The notes below the pieces were generated by a model, which had not been told where the DNA came from, ran no database searches, and was given only the letters and a program-made list of their open reading frames with translations. Made by a program: the position numbers and the translations under genes. DNA of 63,741 bases, filler included. It is 8 parts of 8 records of this genome, joined end to end, with 100 filler letters (N's around TTAATTAATTAA, not from the genome) between each part and the next. Parts side by side here need not be neighbours in the genome. Positions count along the whole stretch, not along the records: positions 7,223 to 14,549 come from DRR723986_14116; positions 14,650 to 24,709 come from DRR723986_14126; 6 more parts are not named here. One strand, given 5' to 3'. Positions within the stretch are counted from its first letter, which is position 1. Each line of letters begins with the position of its first letter. Below are positions 8,372 to 18,888 of the stretch, piece after piece.

Positions 8372-10558
8372 ATGAGCGCCACGTTCGAGCACCCAAGCCC
8401 CGCCGTCTGCCCGGCCTGTTCCGTTACCCCGGCGGCAGAGGCATTGGCCGCAGTGCCACAGGATGCGCGGTTGATGCTGTCGCTGCCGGGCATTCACTGC
8501 GCGGCGTGCATCTCGACTGTGGAAAAGGCGCTGGCAAGGACGCCCGGTGTCCATTCTGCTCGGGTCAACCTGACGCTCAAACGCGCGATGGTTGAGGCGG
8601 ATGCGGACGTGACGGCCGACGATCTGGTGCAGGTTCTGGACCGTGTAGGATACGAGGCGCACGAGCTTGACCCCGGCATTCTCGCCACGACCGAGGCCGA
8701 CCGCGCCAGCAAAGACCTATTGATGCGGCTCGCCGTAGCGGGCTTTGCGATGATGAACGTGATGCTTCTGTCGGTCGCCGTTTGGTCCGGGGCCGAAGGC
8801 GTGACGCGAGACATGATGCACTGGATCTCGGCGCTGATCGTGCTGCCCGCGATCGTCTTTACCGGCAAACCCTTTTACGTGAACGCATGGGCGGCGCTAA
8901 AGCACGGGCGGCTGAACATGGATGTGCCGATCACGCTGGCAATCCTGCTGGCCGTTGGCACCTCGCTTTATGAAACCATTCATTCGGGCGAACATGCCTA
9001 TTTTGATGCGGCGATCTCGCTGACCTTCTTCCTTCTGGCGGGGCGCTATCTGGACTATCGGACCCGCGCCTCCGCCCGGTCCGCCGCACAGGAACTGGCA
9101 GCGATGGAAGTGCCGCGCGCGATCCTTCGTCACCCGGATGGGACAACCGAAAAAGTGAATGTGGCTGAACTGGCGGCGGCAGACCACGTGCTCGTCAAAC
9201 CCGGTGGACGGATTCCGGTGGACGGTTATGTGTTAGAAGGCACGTCCGAGATTGACCGCGCCCTGATGACCGGCGAAAGCCTGCCCGCCTTCGCAGGGCC
9301 GGGAACCGCCGTGTCTGCGGGCGAGGTCAACCTGACCGGCCCCCTGACCATCGAGGTGACCGCCGCAGGCGAAGACACCGCGCTGCATCGCATCGCAGAC
9401 CTCGTGGCCATCGCGGAATCCGGGCGCAACAACTACACGTCTCTGGCCGATCAGGCGGCAAAGCTTTATGCGCCCGGTGTGCATATCCTGTCGGCTTTGG
9501 CGGCGATCGGCTGGTATCTCTACACTTTTGACATGCGGGTGTCGCTGAACATTGCCGCCGCCGTTCTAATCATCACCTGCCCCTGTGCGCTTGGCCTTGC
9601 CGTGCCTGCGGTGACCACCGCTGCCTCCGGTCGTCTGTTCCGCAAGGGGATGCTGATCAAGGACGGCACTGCGATGGAACGGCTGGCCGAGGTCGATACG
9701 GTTGTCTTCGACAAGACCGGCACCCTGACCATGGGTGCGCCGCATCCGGTGGGACTGTCCGAAATGCCGGAGGAGGCGCAGGGCGTGGCGCTATCGCTGG
9801 CCGCTGTGTCCAGCCATCCGCTGGCCGAGGCACTGGCAAAGGGCCTGCGTGATATGGGCCGCCTGCCGGTGCCGCTGACGGATGTGCGCGAGGTGCCGGG
9901 CTATGGCGTCGAAGGCCGGTGGAACGGCAAACCGGTCCGCCTTGGCCGGGCCAACTGGGTCGGCGCGGACGCGCTCGACATGACCGCGACCTTCCTTCAG
10001 ATCGCGGATGACACACCCCACGCAATTACCTTCACCGATTCCATGCGCCCCGGCGCGAAAGTGGCTGTTGAGGGTCTGAAGGCGAATGGTCTTCGCGTGA
10101 TCCTCGTGTCTGGCGACACCAGGGGCGCGGTCAACCGCTTTGCCGTCGAAATCGGGATTGAGGACGTCATGGCCGAGGCGTTGCCAGACCAGAAGGCCGC
10201 ACGCGTGGCCCAGTTGGCTGGTGAAGGTGCCAAGGTTCTGATGGTGGGCGACGGGCTGAACGATACGGCGGCGCTGACGGCGGCCTATGTGTCGATCTCC
10301 CCGGCCTCTGCGCTGGATGCGGCCCGCGTGGCGTCTGACATGGTGCTGCTTGGCAAAGACCTCGCGCCCATTGCCGATGCGTTCGAGACCTCGGTCAAAG
10401 CCCGCGCGCGCATCCGCGAAAACTTCTCGATCGCGACGGTCTACAACATCGTCGCGGTGCCCTTTGCGATTGCCGGTTTCGCGACACCTCTGATGGCGGC
10501 CTTGGCGATGTCGGCCAGCTCGATTACCGTCTCACTGAACGCGCTGCGTTTGCGCTGA
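8372..10558 (+). CDS. ccoI: Heavy-metal (Cu) P1B-type ATPase FixI/CcoI
   Basis: HCAAC metal-binding domain, TGES, CPC, DKTGT, GDGLND. Confidence 0.93.
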   Translation: MSATFEHPSPAVCPACSVTPAAEALAAVPQDARLMLSLPGIHCAACISTVEKALARTPGVHSARVNLTLKRAMVEADADVTADDLVQVLDRVGYEAHELDPGILATTEADRASKDLLMRLAVAGFAMMNVMLLSVAVWSGAEGVTRDMMHWISALIVLPAIVFTGKPFYVNAWAALKHGRLNMDVPITLAILLAVGTSLYETIHSGEHAYFDAAISLTFFLLAGRYLDYRTRASARSAAQELAAMEVPRAILRHPDGTTEKVNVAELAAADHVLVKPGGRIPVDGYVLEGTSEIDRALMTGESLPAFAGPGTAVSAGEVNLTGPLTIEVTAAGEDTALHRIADLVAIAESGRNNYTSLADQAAKLYAPGVHILSALAAIGWYLYTFDMRVSLNIAAAVLIITCPCALGLAVPAVTTAASGRLFRKGMLIKDGTAMERLAEVDTVVFDKTGTLTMGAPHPVGLSEMPEEAQGVALSLAAVSSHPLAEALAKGLRDMGRLPVPLTDVREVPGYGVEGRWNGKPVRLGRANWVGADALDMTATFLQIADDTPHAITFTDSMRPGAKVAVEGLKANGLRVILVSGDTRGAVNRFAVEIGIEDVMAEALPDQKAARVAQLAGEGAKVLMVGDGLNDTAALTAAYVSISPASALDAARVASDMVLLGKDLAPIADAFETSVKARARIRENFSIATVYNIVAVPFAIAGFATPLMAALAMSASSITVSLNALRLR

Positions 10559-10575
10559 CCGGAAAGTAAGCCCCG

Positions 10576-10734
10576 ATGGATGTTCTCGTCATACTGATCC
10601 CGGTGTCCCTGTTTCTGGGGGCAGTCGGTCTTGCCGGGTTCTTCTGGCTGCTAAAGCGCGGGCAGTTTGATGACCCTGAAGGCGACGCCAATCGCATTCT
10701 CAGCGGTGACTACGACGACAAACCGAAAAGCTGA
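10576..10734 (+). CDS. ccoS: cbb3 oxidase assembly protein CcoS/FixS (52 aa, absent from the ORF track)
   Basis: Hand translation MDVLVILIPVSLFLGAVGLAGFFWLLKRGQFDDPEGDANRIL... Confidence 0.9.
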   Translation: MDVLVILIPVSLFLGAVGLAGFFWLLKRGQFDDPEGDANRILSGDYDDKPKS

Positions 10735-10738
10735 CCGG

Positions 10739-11956
10739 TCAGCTCTGCTCGGCCAGTGCAAGCGGCCCCGGCACTTCCTTGATCGGCATGTGAATCAGCG
10801 CCGCCAGCAGTCCAAGAGCCACCGCTGCCCACCACATAGGCGTGTAGTCCTGCGTCAAGTCATAGATGCGCCCACCAAGCCAGGCGCCGATAAAGCTGCC
10901 GGTCTGATGGCTGAGAAAGATAATCCCCGCCAGCGTCGAGAAGAACCGCATCCCTTGCGTCTGTGCCACCAGCCCCATTGTCAGCGGAACGGTGGACAGC
11001 CACAACAACCCCATGAGGGCGGAAAAGACCAGCACGCTTGTTTCCGATAGCGGGATCAGGATGAAGCAGGTGATCACCACCGCACGGGTGAAGTAGATGC
11101 CGGTTAGAACCTTCTTCTTGGAATAGACCTGCCCCGACCAGCCCGACAGGAACGATCCCGCGATGTTGAACAGCCCGATGAAGGCCAGCGACCAGCCCCC
11201 GACCCAAAGCGCCAGGCCTGAATCCACGACATAGGCGGGCATATGAGTCTGTATGAAGGCCACATGGAACCCGCAGACGAAGAAACCGAAGAACAGGCAC
11301 AGGTAGCTGCGGTCTCGGAAGGCCGTTCCAAGCGCGTGCCCGAAATCGCTTGCGCTGGACCCTGACGCCGTCGGCTTCGAGACGCGCGCGATAAAGACGA
11401 GGAAGGGCAGGATCAGGGCGAAACTGCCCCCGATCACGATCAGCGCGGTTTGCCAGCCGATCCCGCCGATCATGGTGGTTGCGGCGGGCGCGGCGACGAA
11501 CATGCCAAGCGAAGCCGCCGCTGTGCCAAGCCCTAGGATGAAGCTGCGCCGCTCTGGCGTCACGATCTTGCCAAGTGCCCCGATAACGATGGGAAAAGAG
11601 GCCGCCCCGGTCCCGATCCCGACCAGAACCCCGGTCAGGACGAACAGCACCGGGTCGGTCACCATGCCCCGCAGGGCGAAGCCCACACCGGCAAAGATCG
11701 CTCCGAACGCCAGAACCCGCGCGGTTCCATAACGGTCGGCCACCGCGCCCGCCACCGGTTGCGAAAAGCCCCAGGCCAATGCCTGAATGGCAACTGACAG
11801 CGAGAAGACCTCACGTCCCCAGCCCAGATCGGCAGACATCGGAGCGAGGAACACACCGAAGGTCGCAGCGAAGCCGAACCCGAGAAACGCGACCATGCAG
11901 CCCGCGAAGATTGCCACGCTTAGCTGTGCGGGCTTGATAGTCGTTGTGCCGGTCAT
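10739..11956 (-). CDS. MFS transporter
   Basis: About 12 hydrophobic segments. Motif A-like GAVADRYG. GFFVCGFH, HQTGSFIG. Confidence 0.88.
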   Translation of the reverse strand: MTGTTTIKPAQLSVAIFAGCMVAFLGFGFAATFGVFLAPMSADLGWGREVFSLSVAIQALAWGFSQPVAGAVADRYGTARVLAFGAIFAGVGFALRGMVTDPVLFVLTGVLVGIGTGAASFPIVIGALGKIVTPERRSFILGLGTAAASLGMFVAAPAATTMIGGIGWQTALIVIGGSFALILPFLVFIARVSKPTASGSSASDFGHALGTAFRDRSYLCLFFGFFVCGFHVAFIQTHMPAYVVDSGLALWVGGWSLAFIGLFNIAGSFLSGWSGQVYSKKKVLTGIYFTRAVVITCFILIPLSETSVLVFSALMGLLWLSTVPLTMGLVAQTQGMRFFSTLAGIIFLSHQTGSFIGAWLGGRIYDLTQDYTPMWWAAVALGLLAALIHMPIKEVPGPLALAEQS

Positions 11957-12080
11957 CTCAAGCCCCAATCATGCAAGTGGAATTCCGGCTTGCAGCCCAC
12001 GCCAGGCAAAAGTCCCAAAGACCATCCTTCGAAGGATACGCAACTCTCTGATGACAGTCTATGTCGGCGTTCGAGTGCGC

Positions 12081-13604
12081 TCAGGGCCCGTAGATGGTGC
12101 AGGTGATGTTGCGTGACATCAGCCGCGCGCAGGCCCGCTCGGCCTGATCCTGCCCCATACCCGCGAACTGAGCCTCGAACCCACCTGTGCGTTGCACGAC
12201 ATTGCGCAGAGCCTCGTCAAAGGTGCCAAGCTCGGCCAATGCCGTGCGCAGCAGTAACTGTTCGGCGGCAAAGCGGGACGGGTAGCGCCCAAGAGACACG
12301 CCGTATAGTCGGCTTCCGGTCGAAGAGGCGCGTGTCACGATTTCCTGCGCCGGGGGTTCCGGGTCCGGGTTGATAACAGCCAGTTCGATCTCGGTGGAAT
12401 CATAGGCCACGATTTCCGGGCGGGGGACCGGTGTGATGCTGGCCAGCGACTCGCCGTCGCCCTGGTCTTCCGCAACCGTCTCGACCGGCTCGGCGCTGGC
12501 GATCTCCTCGGTTTCGGTGTCGGTGTCGAGAGGTCGGGGATCCGGGGCTACGACGTCGCTCATGTCTAGTTCCGGGGGATCTGTCAGCGCATGTTCCACA
12601 GCTTCTTCCACGGCGGCAATCAGGTCGGGCGAGGCTTCGGGAATTTCTTCGGGTGCCGTCGCTGGCAAGGGCCGGGGCAGGGGGCGCAGGCTGCTTGTCA
12701 CAAGGCCGTTTGGCCGGATGGTCCGTCCCGCCCGGCCATCGTCCTCGCCATAGGAGGGCAAATCGGGTTGTCGCACCGTTGCGTTCGCCGGGGCGCGGGC
12801 AAAGCCCATGTCCAGCAATTCCATGATCCGTTCATTCCGGCTGGCGGAGGATCGACCTCCGAACACTGTCGCGATGATCCGGACATTGCCGCGTTCGGCA
12901 GAAGCCACAAGGTTGTAGCCCGCCGCCCGAGTATATCCTGTCTTGATTCCGTCTGCCCCACGATAGGCATCCAGAAACCTGCGGTTGGTATTGCGCACAG
13001 TGGCAATGCCCGCATCTGCCGTGCGTCGCGAGAACAGGTTGTAGTATTGCGGGTAATCGTAGAACAGCCGCCGTCCCATCGTGGTCATGTCGCGGGCGGT
13101 GGACAGGTGGCCCTCTTCGGTCAGGCCGTTGGCATTGCGGAAGGTGGTGCGCGACATGCCCAGCGCTTCCGCCGTGCGGTTCATGCGCCTTGCAAAGGCG
13201 GCCTCGGATCCCGATATCGCCTCGCCGATCGCCGTTGCCGCGTCATTGGCGGACCGGACGGCCGCAGCGCGGATCAGATAGCGCAGCCGGATCGTGCTGC
13301 CTGCCTGAAGGCCGAGGCGAGAGGGCGGCTCCGCCGCGGCATTGCGCGAAATGCGCACCTGCGTATCCAGGGTTATCTCCCCCAGCCGGATCGCCTCGAA
13401 CGCGATGTAAAGCGTCATCATCTTGGTCAGGGAGGCCGGGTGCAGCCGGGTGTCGGCATTCCGGGAATGCAGAACCTCGCCGGTGCGGGCATCGACGACC
13501 ATGGCCGCATAGGGTGCGGCCTGAGCCGGGGAAACCACGGTCAGGATCGTGCCAAACAGCACAACAAGACCCGTCAGGGTCGAAAGGAGCGTTCTTCGGA
13601 TCAC
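12081..13604 (-). CDS. D-alanyl-D-alanine carboxypeptidase (peptidase S11) with C-terminal SPOR-like region
   Basis: Signal peptide, PASLTK (SxxK), SAN (SxN), IKTG, acidic Pro-rich linker. Confidence 0.88.
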   Translation of the reverse strand: MIRRTLLSTLTGLVVLFGTILTVVSPAQAAPYAAMVVDARTGEVLHSRNADTRLHPASLTKMMTLYIAFEAIRLGEITLDTQVRISRNAAAEPPSRLGLQAGSTIRLRYLIRAAAVRSANDAATAIGEAISGSEAAFARRMNRTAEALGMSRTTFRNANGLTEEGHLSTARDMTTMGRRLFYDYPQYYNLFSRRTADAGIATVRNTNRRFLDAYRGADGIKTGYTRAAGYNLVASAERGNVRIIATVFGGRSSASRNERIMELLDMGFARAPANATVRQPDLPSYGEDDGRAGRTIRPNGLVTSSLRPLPRPLPATAPEEIPEASPDLIAAVEEAVEHALTDPPELDMSDVVAPDPRPLDTDTETEEIASAEPVETVAEDQGDGESLASITPVPRPEIVAYDSTEIELAVINPDPEPPAQEIVTRASSTGSRLYGVSLGRYPSRFAAEQLLLRTALAELGTFDEALRNVVQRTGGFEAQFAGMGQDQAERACARLMSRNITCTIYGP

Positions 13605-13850
13605 GAAACTGCTCTGTCTGCCTCTGGTGCCGTCTGTCGCGGCATGTGTTGCCGTCTGATGCGGCGTTTCAGGCAGGTTAGGTGATTTTTCTATGAGAAT
13701 CCATCACTAACCGCGTTCTACCAGGCGACGTTTTCGCCCAGAACGATATGTCGCGGCGCGCGACCATCTGGCCGCAACATCTGCCTGTCGGCCTCTGGAC
13801 CTATGCCTCTCAATTGGGCACAGTCCCGCCGACCCGCGAAGGAGACCCAG

Positions 13851-14549
13851 ATGACCGACCCGTTTGATGCCAGAAAAAGCCGTGCTGCCGGCTGGTTTCG
13901 AGAGCTGCGCGACCAGATCGTTGCCGCGTTCGAGGCCATCGAAGACACCCAGACCGAGGGCCCTTTCGCGAACCTGCCCGCCGGTCGGTTCGAGGTGACG
14001 GAAACAAGGCGTGCCTCGGAAGACGGATCGGACGCGGGCGGCGGGCTGATGAGCGTCATGCGCAACGGGCGCGTGTTCGAGAAGGTCGGCGTCAACGTCT
14101 CGACCGTCTATGGCCAGTTGGGTGATGCGGCGCAAAAGGCGATGGCGGCGCGCGGCGTGCCGGGGATGGCCGATGACCCGCGCTTCTGGGCGTCGGGAAT
14201 TTCGCTGGTGGCGCATATGCAGAACCCGCACAGCCCCGCAGTCCACATGAACACACGGATGTTCTGGACCCCGAACGCCTGGTGGTTCGGCGGCGGATCG
14301 GATCTGAACCCCTGCATCGAGTATGACGAAGACACCGCCCATTTCCACGCCGTGCAGAAGGCGCATCTCGATCCGCATGGTGACACGCTCTATCCCGAGC
14401 TAAAGGCCTGGGCGGACGAGTATTTCTACATTCCGCACCGGTGTCGGGCGCGCGGTGTCGGGGGCGTCTTCATGGATGATCGCAACAGCGGTGACTGGGA
14501 GGCTGATTTCGCTCTGACACAGGACATCGGCCGCGCCTTCCTGCCCGCC
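13851..14549 (+). CDS. hemF: Oxygen-dependent coproporphyrinogen III oxidase (3' truncated)
   Basis: FEKVGVN, ASGISLVAH..NP..P.VHMN.R, WWFGGGSDL.P, DEYFYIPHR...RGVGG.F.D. Confidence 0.93.
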
Positions 14550-14649
14550 NNNNNNNNNNNNNNNNNNNNNNNNNNNNNNNNNNNNNNNNNNNNTTAATTA
14601 ATTAANNNNNNNNNNNNNNNNNNNNNNNNNNNNNNNNNNNNNNNNNNNN
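14550..14649. other. Artificial contig linker
   Basis: N44-TTAATTAATTAA-N44. Confidence 0.98.
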
Positions 14650-14755
14650 AAATAGGCGGGCCCTTCGGGCAGTAGTTCCTGGAAATAGGATTGCGACATC
14701 GCGTCGATGACGCCGCGGTTCCTCTCTGGTACAGGCGCGATGCTGATACGTTTTG

Positions 14756-16357
14756 TCATGCGTGGGCCTGCTCGATCTCGGGAAGCACCGGCGCGGCGGC
14801 GATGAGTGATTGGGTATAGGGATGAGCCGGGCGTTCAAATACGTCTTCGGTTTGGCCCTGTTCGACAATTTCGCCGGATTTCATCACCAACACCCGATCC
14901 GTCACGGTGCGGACCACCGACAGATCGTGGGAAATAAACAGATAGGTCAGATCATAAGCGCCGCAGAGGTCAGCCAGCAGATCAAGGATTTGCGCCCGCA
15001 CGGAGACATCCAGGGCGCTGACCGCCTCGTCAAACAAGATCAGTTCGGGCCGGATGATCAGGGCGCGAGCGATAGCGATGCGCTGACGCTGACCGCCGGA
15101 AAACTCATGGATGTATTTGCTGGCGTCTTTGGGGGTCAGTCCCACGGCGGTCAGCGCCTCATCAATTGCACGGGTGCGATCCGCGCCCTGCGGCGGGTCA
15201 GGCAGCAGATGAAAGGGTTCGGTGATCAAACGATCCACGCGGTGCCGTGGATTGAAACTGCCGAATGGATCTTGAAACACCACCTGCATCTGGCGGCGGA
15301 CATCCAGATTGGGTCGCGTGCCGCTGAACACCGGCGCACCGTTCAACGTGATGCTGCCACCCTGTACCTGCTCCAGCCCGAGCAGGGCGCGGGTCAAAGT
15401 GGATTTGCCACACCCCGATTCCCCGACAAGGCCCAGCCGTTCACCACGCTGAATGGTAAAGGACACATCATTCACGGCCCGAAAATGCCCCGGATGCCCA
15501 AACAGGCGGGTACGCGGCAGACGGTAGTCGCGGATCACATTGCGCACCTCAAGCAGCGGCTTTGGCGCCGGCGGTTCGGGCAGCGACACGCGGTGGCCGG
15601 AGGCCTCGAACAACATCTTGGTGTAAGGGTGGCGCATGTTCTGAAGCAATGACTGCGTCTCGCCTTGCTCCACCACTTCGCCATGGCGCATGACGATGAT
15701 CCGGTCAGCCATATCCGCCACCACGGCCAGATCATGGGTGATCATCAGCAGGCCCATGCCGTCTTCTTGGGCCAGCTTTTTCAGCAGCGCCAATATTTGC
15801 GCCTGCGTGGTCACATCCAATGCCGTTGTCGGTTCATCCGCGATCAACAAACGCGGACGCAGGGCGATGGCCATGGCGATCACAACCCGCTGGCGCTGAC
15901 CGCCGCTCAGCTCATGTGGATAGCGTGACAGCGGAAAGCGGTCCTGAGGCAGTCCAACACGGGTCAGGGTTTCAGCGGCGCGGGCCTCTGCCTCTTGTCG
16001 GGACACATCGCGGTGATGAACGCGAATGGTTTCGGCCACCTGTGCGCCGATGGTCTGCACGGGGTTGAGCGCGGTCATCGGTTCCTGAAACACCATGCCG
16101 ATATCGTTGCCGCGAATCTCGCACAATTGTGCCTCGGTCAGTTCTGTCAGGTCTTGATCGCCTAACATGATATGGCCGCTCAGCTCGGTGCCCTTCGGCA
16201 ACAGCTGCATCGTGGCCAGCGCGGTCAGGGATTTGCCAGAACCGCTTTCCCCCGTCACAGCGACAATTTCACCCGGCGCGACGGAGAGGGTCACGTCACG
16301 CAGGATCTTGAGCGCGTGAATGGACAGCGACAGGTTGGTGATTTCAAGCAGGTTCAT
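14756..16357 (-). CDS. Peptide/nickel ABC transporter ATP-binding protein (fused double NBD)
   Basis: Two Walker A motifs ([16 protein letters not shown]), [24 protein letters not shown]. Confidence 0.93.
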   Translation of the reverse strand: MNLLEITNLSLSIHALKILRDVTLSVAPGEIVAVTGESGSGKSLTALATMQLLPKGTELSGHIMLGDQDLTELTEAQLCEIRGNDIGMVFQEPMTALNPVQTIGAQVAETIRVHHRDVSRQEAEARAAETLTRVGLPQDRFPLSRYPHELSGGQRQRVVIAMAIALRPRLLIADEPTTALDVTTQAQILALLKKLAQEDGMGLLMITHDLAVVADMADRIIVMRHGEVVEQGETQSLLQNMRHPYTKMLFEASGHRVSLPEPPAPKPLLEVRNVIRDYRLPRTRLFGHPGHFRAVNDVSFTIQRGERLGLVGESGCGKSTLTRALLGLEQVQGGSITLNGAPVFSGTRPNLDVRRQMQVVFQDPFGSFNPRHRVDRLITEPFHLLPDPPQGADRTRAIDEALTAVGLTPKDASKYIHEFSGGQRQRIAIARALIIRPELILFDEAVSALDVSVRAQILDLLADLCGAYDLTYLFISHDLSVVRTVTDRVLVMKSGEIVEQGQTEDVFERPAHPYTQSLIAAAPVLPEIEQAHA

Positions 16358-17169
16358 ACCCGCGCCACCCGCAATCTGGGATCAAGGTAATCGCGCAAAC
16401 CGTCGCCCATCAGATTCAAGCCCAGCACTGTAAGGATGATCGCGAACCCCGGCACCAGCGCCATATGCGGTGCAATGCTGACCAAGGTTTGCGCATCGGC
16501 CAGCATCCGCCCCCAGGATGGCGTTGGCGGTTGCGCGCCAAGGCCAACATAGCTGAGGCCCGCTTCGGCCAGAATGCCCAAGGAGAACTGGATTGTCCCC
16601 TGTACAATAAGCAGATTGGTCACATTCGGGAGGATATGTTCCACAGAGATCCGAGCGGCGGATTTTCCTGCAACCCGCGCCGCCAGAATAAACTCCCGCT
16701 GCCAGAGCGACAGCGCCGCACCGCGGGTGATCCGGGCAAAGACGGGGATGTTAAAGATACCAATCGCAATGATCGCGTTGATCGCGCCTGCGCCAAAGAT
16801 CGCGGTGATCAGAATGGCAATCACAAGGCTGGGAAAAGCAAACACCAGATCATTGCCGCGCATGATCAATTCATCCAGCCAGGTCCCCTGTCGCGCAGCA
16901 GCCCAGAGACCCAGAGGCACACCAAGGCCCATCCCGATGCCAACAGCCACCAGCGCCACCGCAATGGAGGTGCGTGCGCCAACCATGATCATGCTGAGTA
17001 TATCGCGGCCAAAATGATCGGTGCCCAACAGGTGCAGTGCATTGGGCGTCTTCAGCTTGTTGGCGATGTCCAGGGCGGCGTGGTCATAAGGCGTCCAGAC
17101 AAAGCTGATCAATGCGGCGCAGACAAACACCGCAGACAGCACGCCGCCGATGATCAAATTGCGGATCAT
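16354..17169 (-). CDS. Peptide ABC transporter permease (DppC-like)
   Basis: HLLGTDHFGRD, EFILAAR..G, HILPN, PPTPSWG. Confidence 0.92.
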   Translation of the reverse strand: MIRNLIIGGVLSAVFVCAALISFVWTPYDHAALDIANKLKTPNALHLLGTDHFGRDILSMIMVGARTSIAVALVAVGIGMGLGVPLGLWAAARQGTWLDELIMRGNDLVFAFPSLVIAILITAIFGAGAINAIIAIGIFNIPVFARITRGAALSLWQREFILAARVAGKSAARISVEHILPNVTNLLIVQGTIQFSLGILAEAGLSYVGLGAQPPTPSWGRMLADAQTLVSIAPHMALVPGFAIILTVLGLNLMGDGLRDYLDPRLRVARV

Positions 17170-18113
17170 GTGCGCGACCTCAGCCGGGGATCAACGGCGG
17201 CATAGGCCAGATCCACAAGGAAATTGACGGTGATGACAGAGAAGACCAAGAGCATCACCACCGATTCCACCACGATCAGATCGCGGGCAGAAATGGATTG
17301 AAAGACCAATCGGCCAAGGCCCGGAAGGTAAAACACTTGTTCAATGATAATAGATCCGGCCAGCAGGAAGGAAAACTGCAACCCAATGATGGTCAGCACC
17401 GGGATCAACGCATTTCGCAGCCCGTGCCGCCACAAAGCTTGCCGCGCGGTCAGACCCTTCGCCCGCGCGGTGCGCATAAAATCTTCGCCCAGCACATCCA
17501 GAAGGGAGGACCGCATGACGCGGGCCAGAATGGCGGCCTGCGGCAATGCCAGCGCGATGGCGGGCAGGGTCAATGCATGCAAGCCGGCCCAAAGCCCTGA
17601 GTCCCAGCCAATAAAACCACCCGCCGCAAACCAGCGCAGGTTGATCGCAAAGATCAGCACCAGCATCATCGCAAACCAAAAGTTCGGTACCGCCACGCCC
17701 AGTTGTGTCGCGCCCATCACGCCGATGTCGCCCGCTTGTCCCCGGCGGGAGGCGGCGTAAATTCCGGCAGGGAAGGCCAAAGCGGTGCTGAGAACCAAAG
17801 CGTAAAGGGCCAGTGGCAAAGACACCCACAACCGGTCAGAAATCATATCCATCACAGGGGTGCGGTAGGTATAGGAGGTGCCGAAATCACCGCTGAGCAT
17901 GCCGCTCACCCAAGTAAGATAGCGCTGCACCTTGGGAACATCGAGGCCAAGCTCGGCGCGCAAGGCGGCCAGCGTTTCAGGTTGCGCGTTCATTCCCAGC
18001 ATAAAGGAAGCCGGATCACCCGGCGCGATCTCGATCACTGCAAAAATCACAATCGACGCCACAGCAAGGCTGATAAACAGCGAAATCAGGCGTTTGATCG
18101 TATAGCGTAGCAT
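17166..18113 (-). CDS. Peptide ABC transporter permease (DppB-like)
   Basis: PGDPA, GDFGTSY, RTARAKGL, H.LRNALIP, DLAYAAVDPR. Confidence 0.92.
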   Translation of the reverse strand: MLRYTIKRLISLFISLAVASIVIFAVIEIAPGDPASFMLGMNAQPETLAALRAELGLDVPKVQRYLTWVSGMLSGDFGTSYTYRTPVMDMISDRLWVSLPLALYALVLSTALAFPAGIYAASRRGQAGDIGVMGATQLGVAVPNFWFAMMLVLIFAINLRWFAAGGFIGWDSGLWAGLHALTLPAIALALPQAAILARVMRSSLLDVLGEDFMRTARAKGLTARQALWRHGLRNALIPVLTIIGLQFSFLLAGSIIIEQVFYLPGLGRLVFQSISARDLIVVESVVMLLVFSVITVNFLVDLAYAAVDPRLRSRT

Positions 18114-18371
18114 TGCAGGAAGGTTAGGCGCAGGAGCGGGGCGGGTCCAGAGGGGTTTGGCCGCTATGCCGCGACGAAAACGCGGTGAATTGACGCTTTG
18201 TCAGTAGGGTTTGACCGGTCATTCACACAGATGCCATTTTCGTGAAGTGCAAAATAATCGTCTGATAATAATGAGTTGGCGGGACAGGCAATGACCGAAC
18301 CGTTTTCTTTCGGAACCAAAGACCGTGTGTCTGGTTGGTTTGGTGAAGTTAATGAGTTTTGGAGAGTAACA

Positions 18372-18794
18372 ATGAAAACGACTGTAAAAACCCTTGCCAT
18401 TGCCGCCCTTATGGGCACCGTTTCTGCCCCTGCATTTGCAGACGGCCACATGAGCACATCCATGACATGTGCCGAGTGGAAAGATCTGGGCGCTGAGGAC
18501 CGTATGAAAGTGGCACAGATGGCCCTGGCCGAGATCGCAACAGGCGATGACGGCGAAAGCATGGAAGACAGCGCCACTGCAACCGACGACGGTGATGGCG
18601 TGACAGCCGCAGAAGCCACCGACAGCGACAACGGCAATGCGATCGGCGCCGAGGCGACAGCGAACGAATCTTCGCTGACCGCTGATGAAGATACCATTAG
18701 CGATGACGATATGGCGTTGCTTGAGCGGACTTGCGACACCAATCTGGACGCCATGATCTCAGAAGCGGCCATCGGGTCCGCCGGCACACGATAA
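18372..18794 (+). CDS. Secreted acidic protein, HdeA/HdeB-like (MTC.EW motif)
   Basis: RBS GGAG, signal peptide ending AFA, MTCAEW plus a distal Cys, Asp/Glu/Ala-rich middle. Confidence 0.55.
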   Translation: MKTTVKTLAIAALMGTVSAPAFADGHMSTSMTCAEWKDLGAEDRMKVAQMALAEIATGDDGESMEDSATATDDGDGVTAAEATDSDNGNAIGAEATANESSLTADEDTISDDDMALLERTCDTNLDAMISEAAIGSAGTR

Positions 18795-18888
18795 ACCAGT
18801 GGACAGTTGAACGAACTGGGGCATCCGTTTGGGTGCCCCTTTTGCATGCGATGATGGCAAGACCCGGCGCTTGGGTTAAGTAGGACGC

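Noticed and set aside
14650-14699. Possible gene start on the minus strand (MSQSYFQELLPEGPAY)
   Set aside because: Too short to assign a product.
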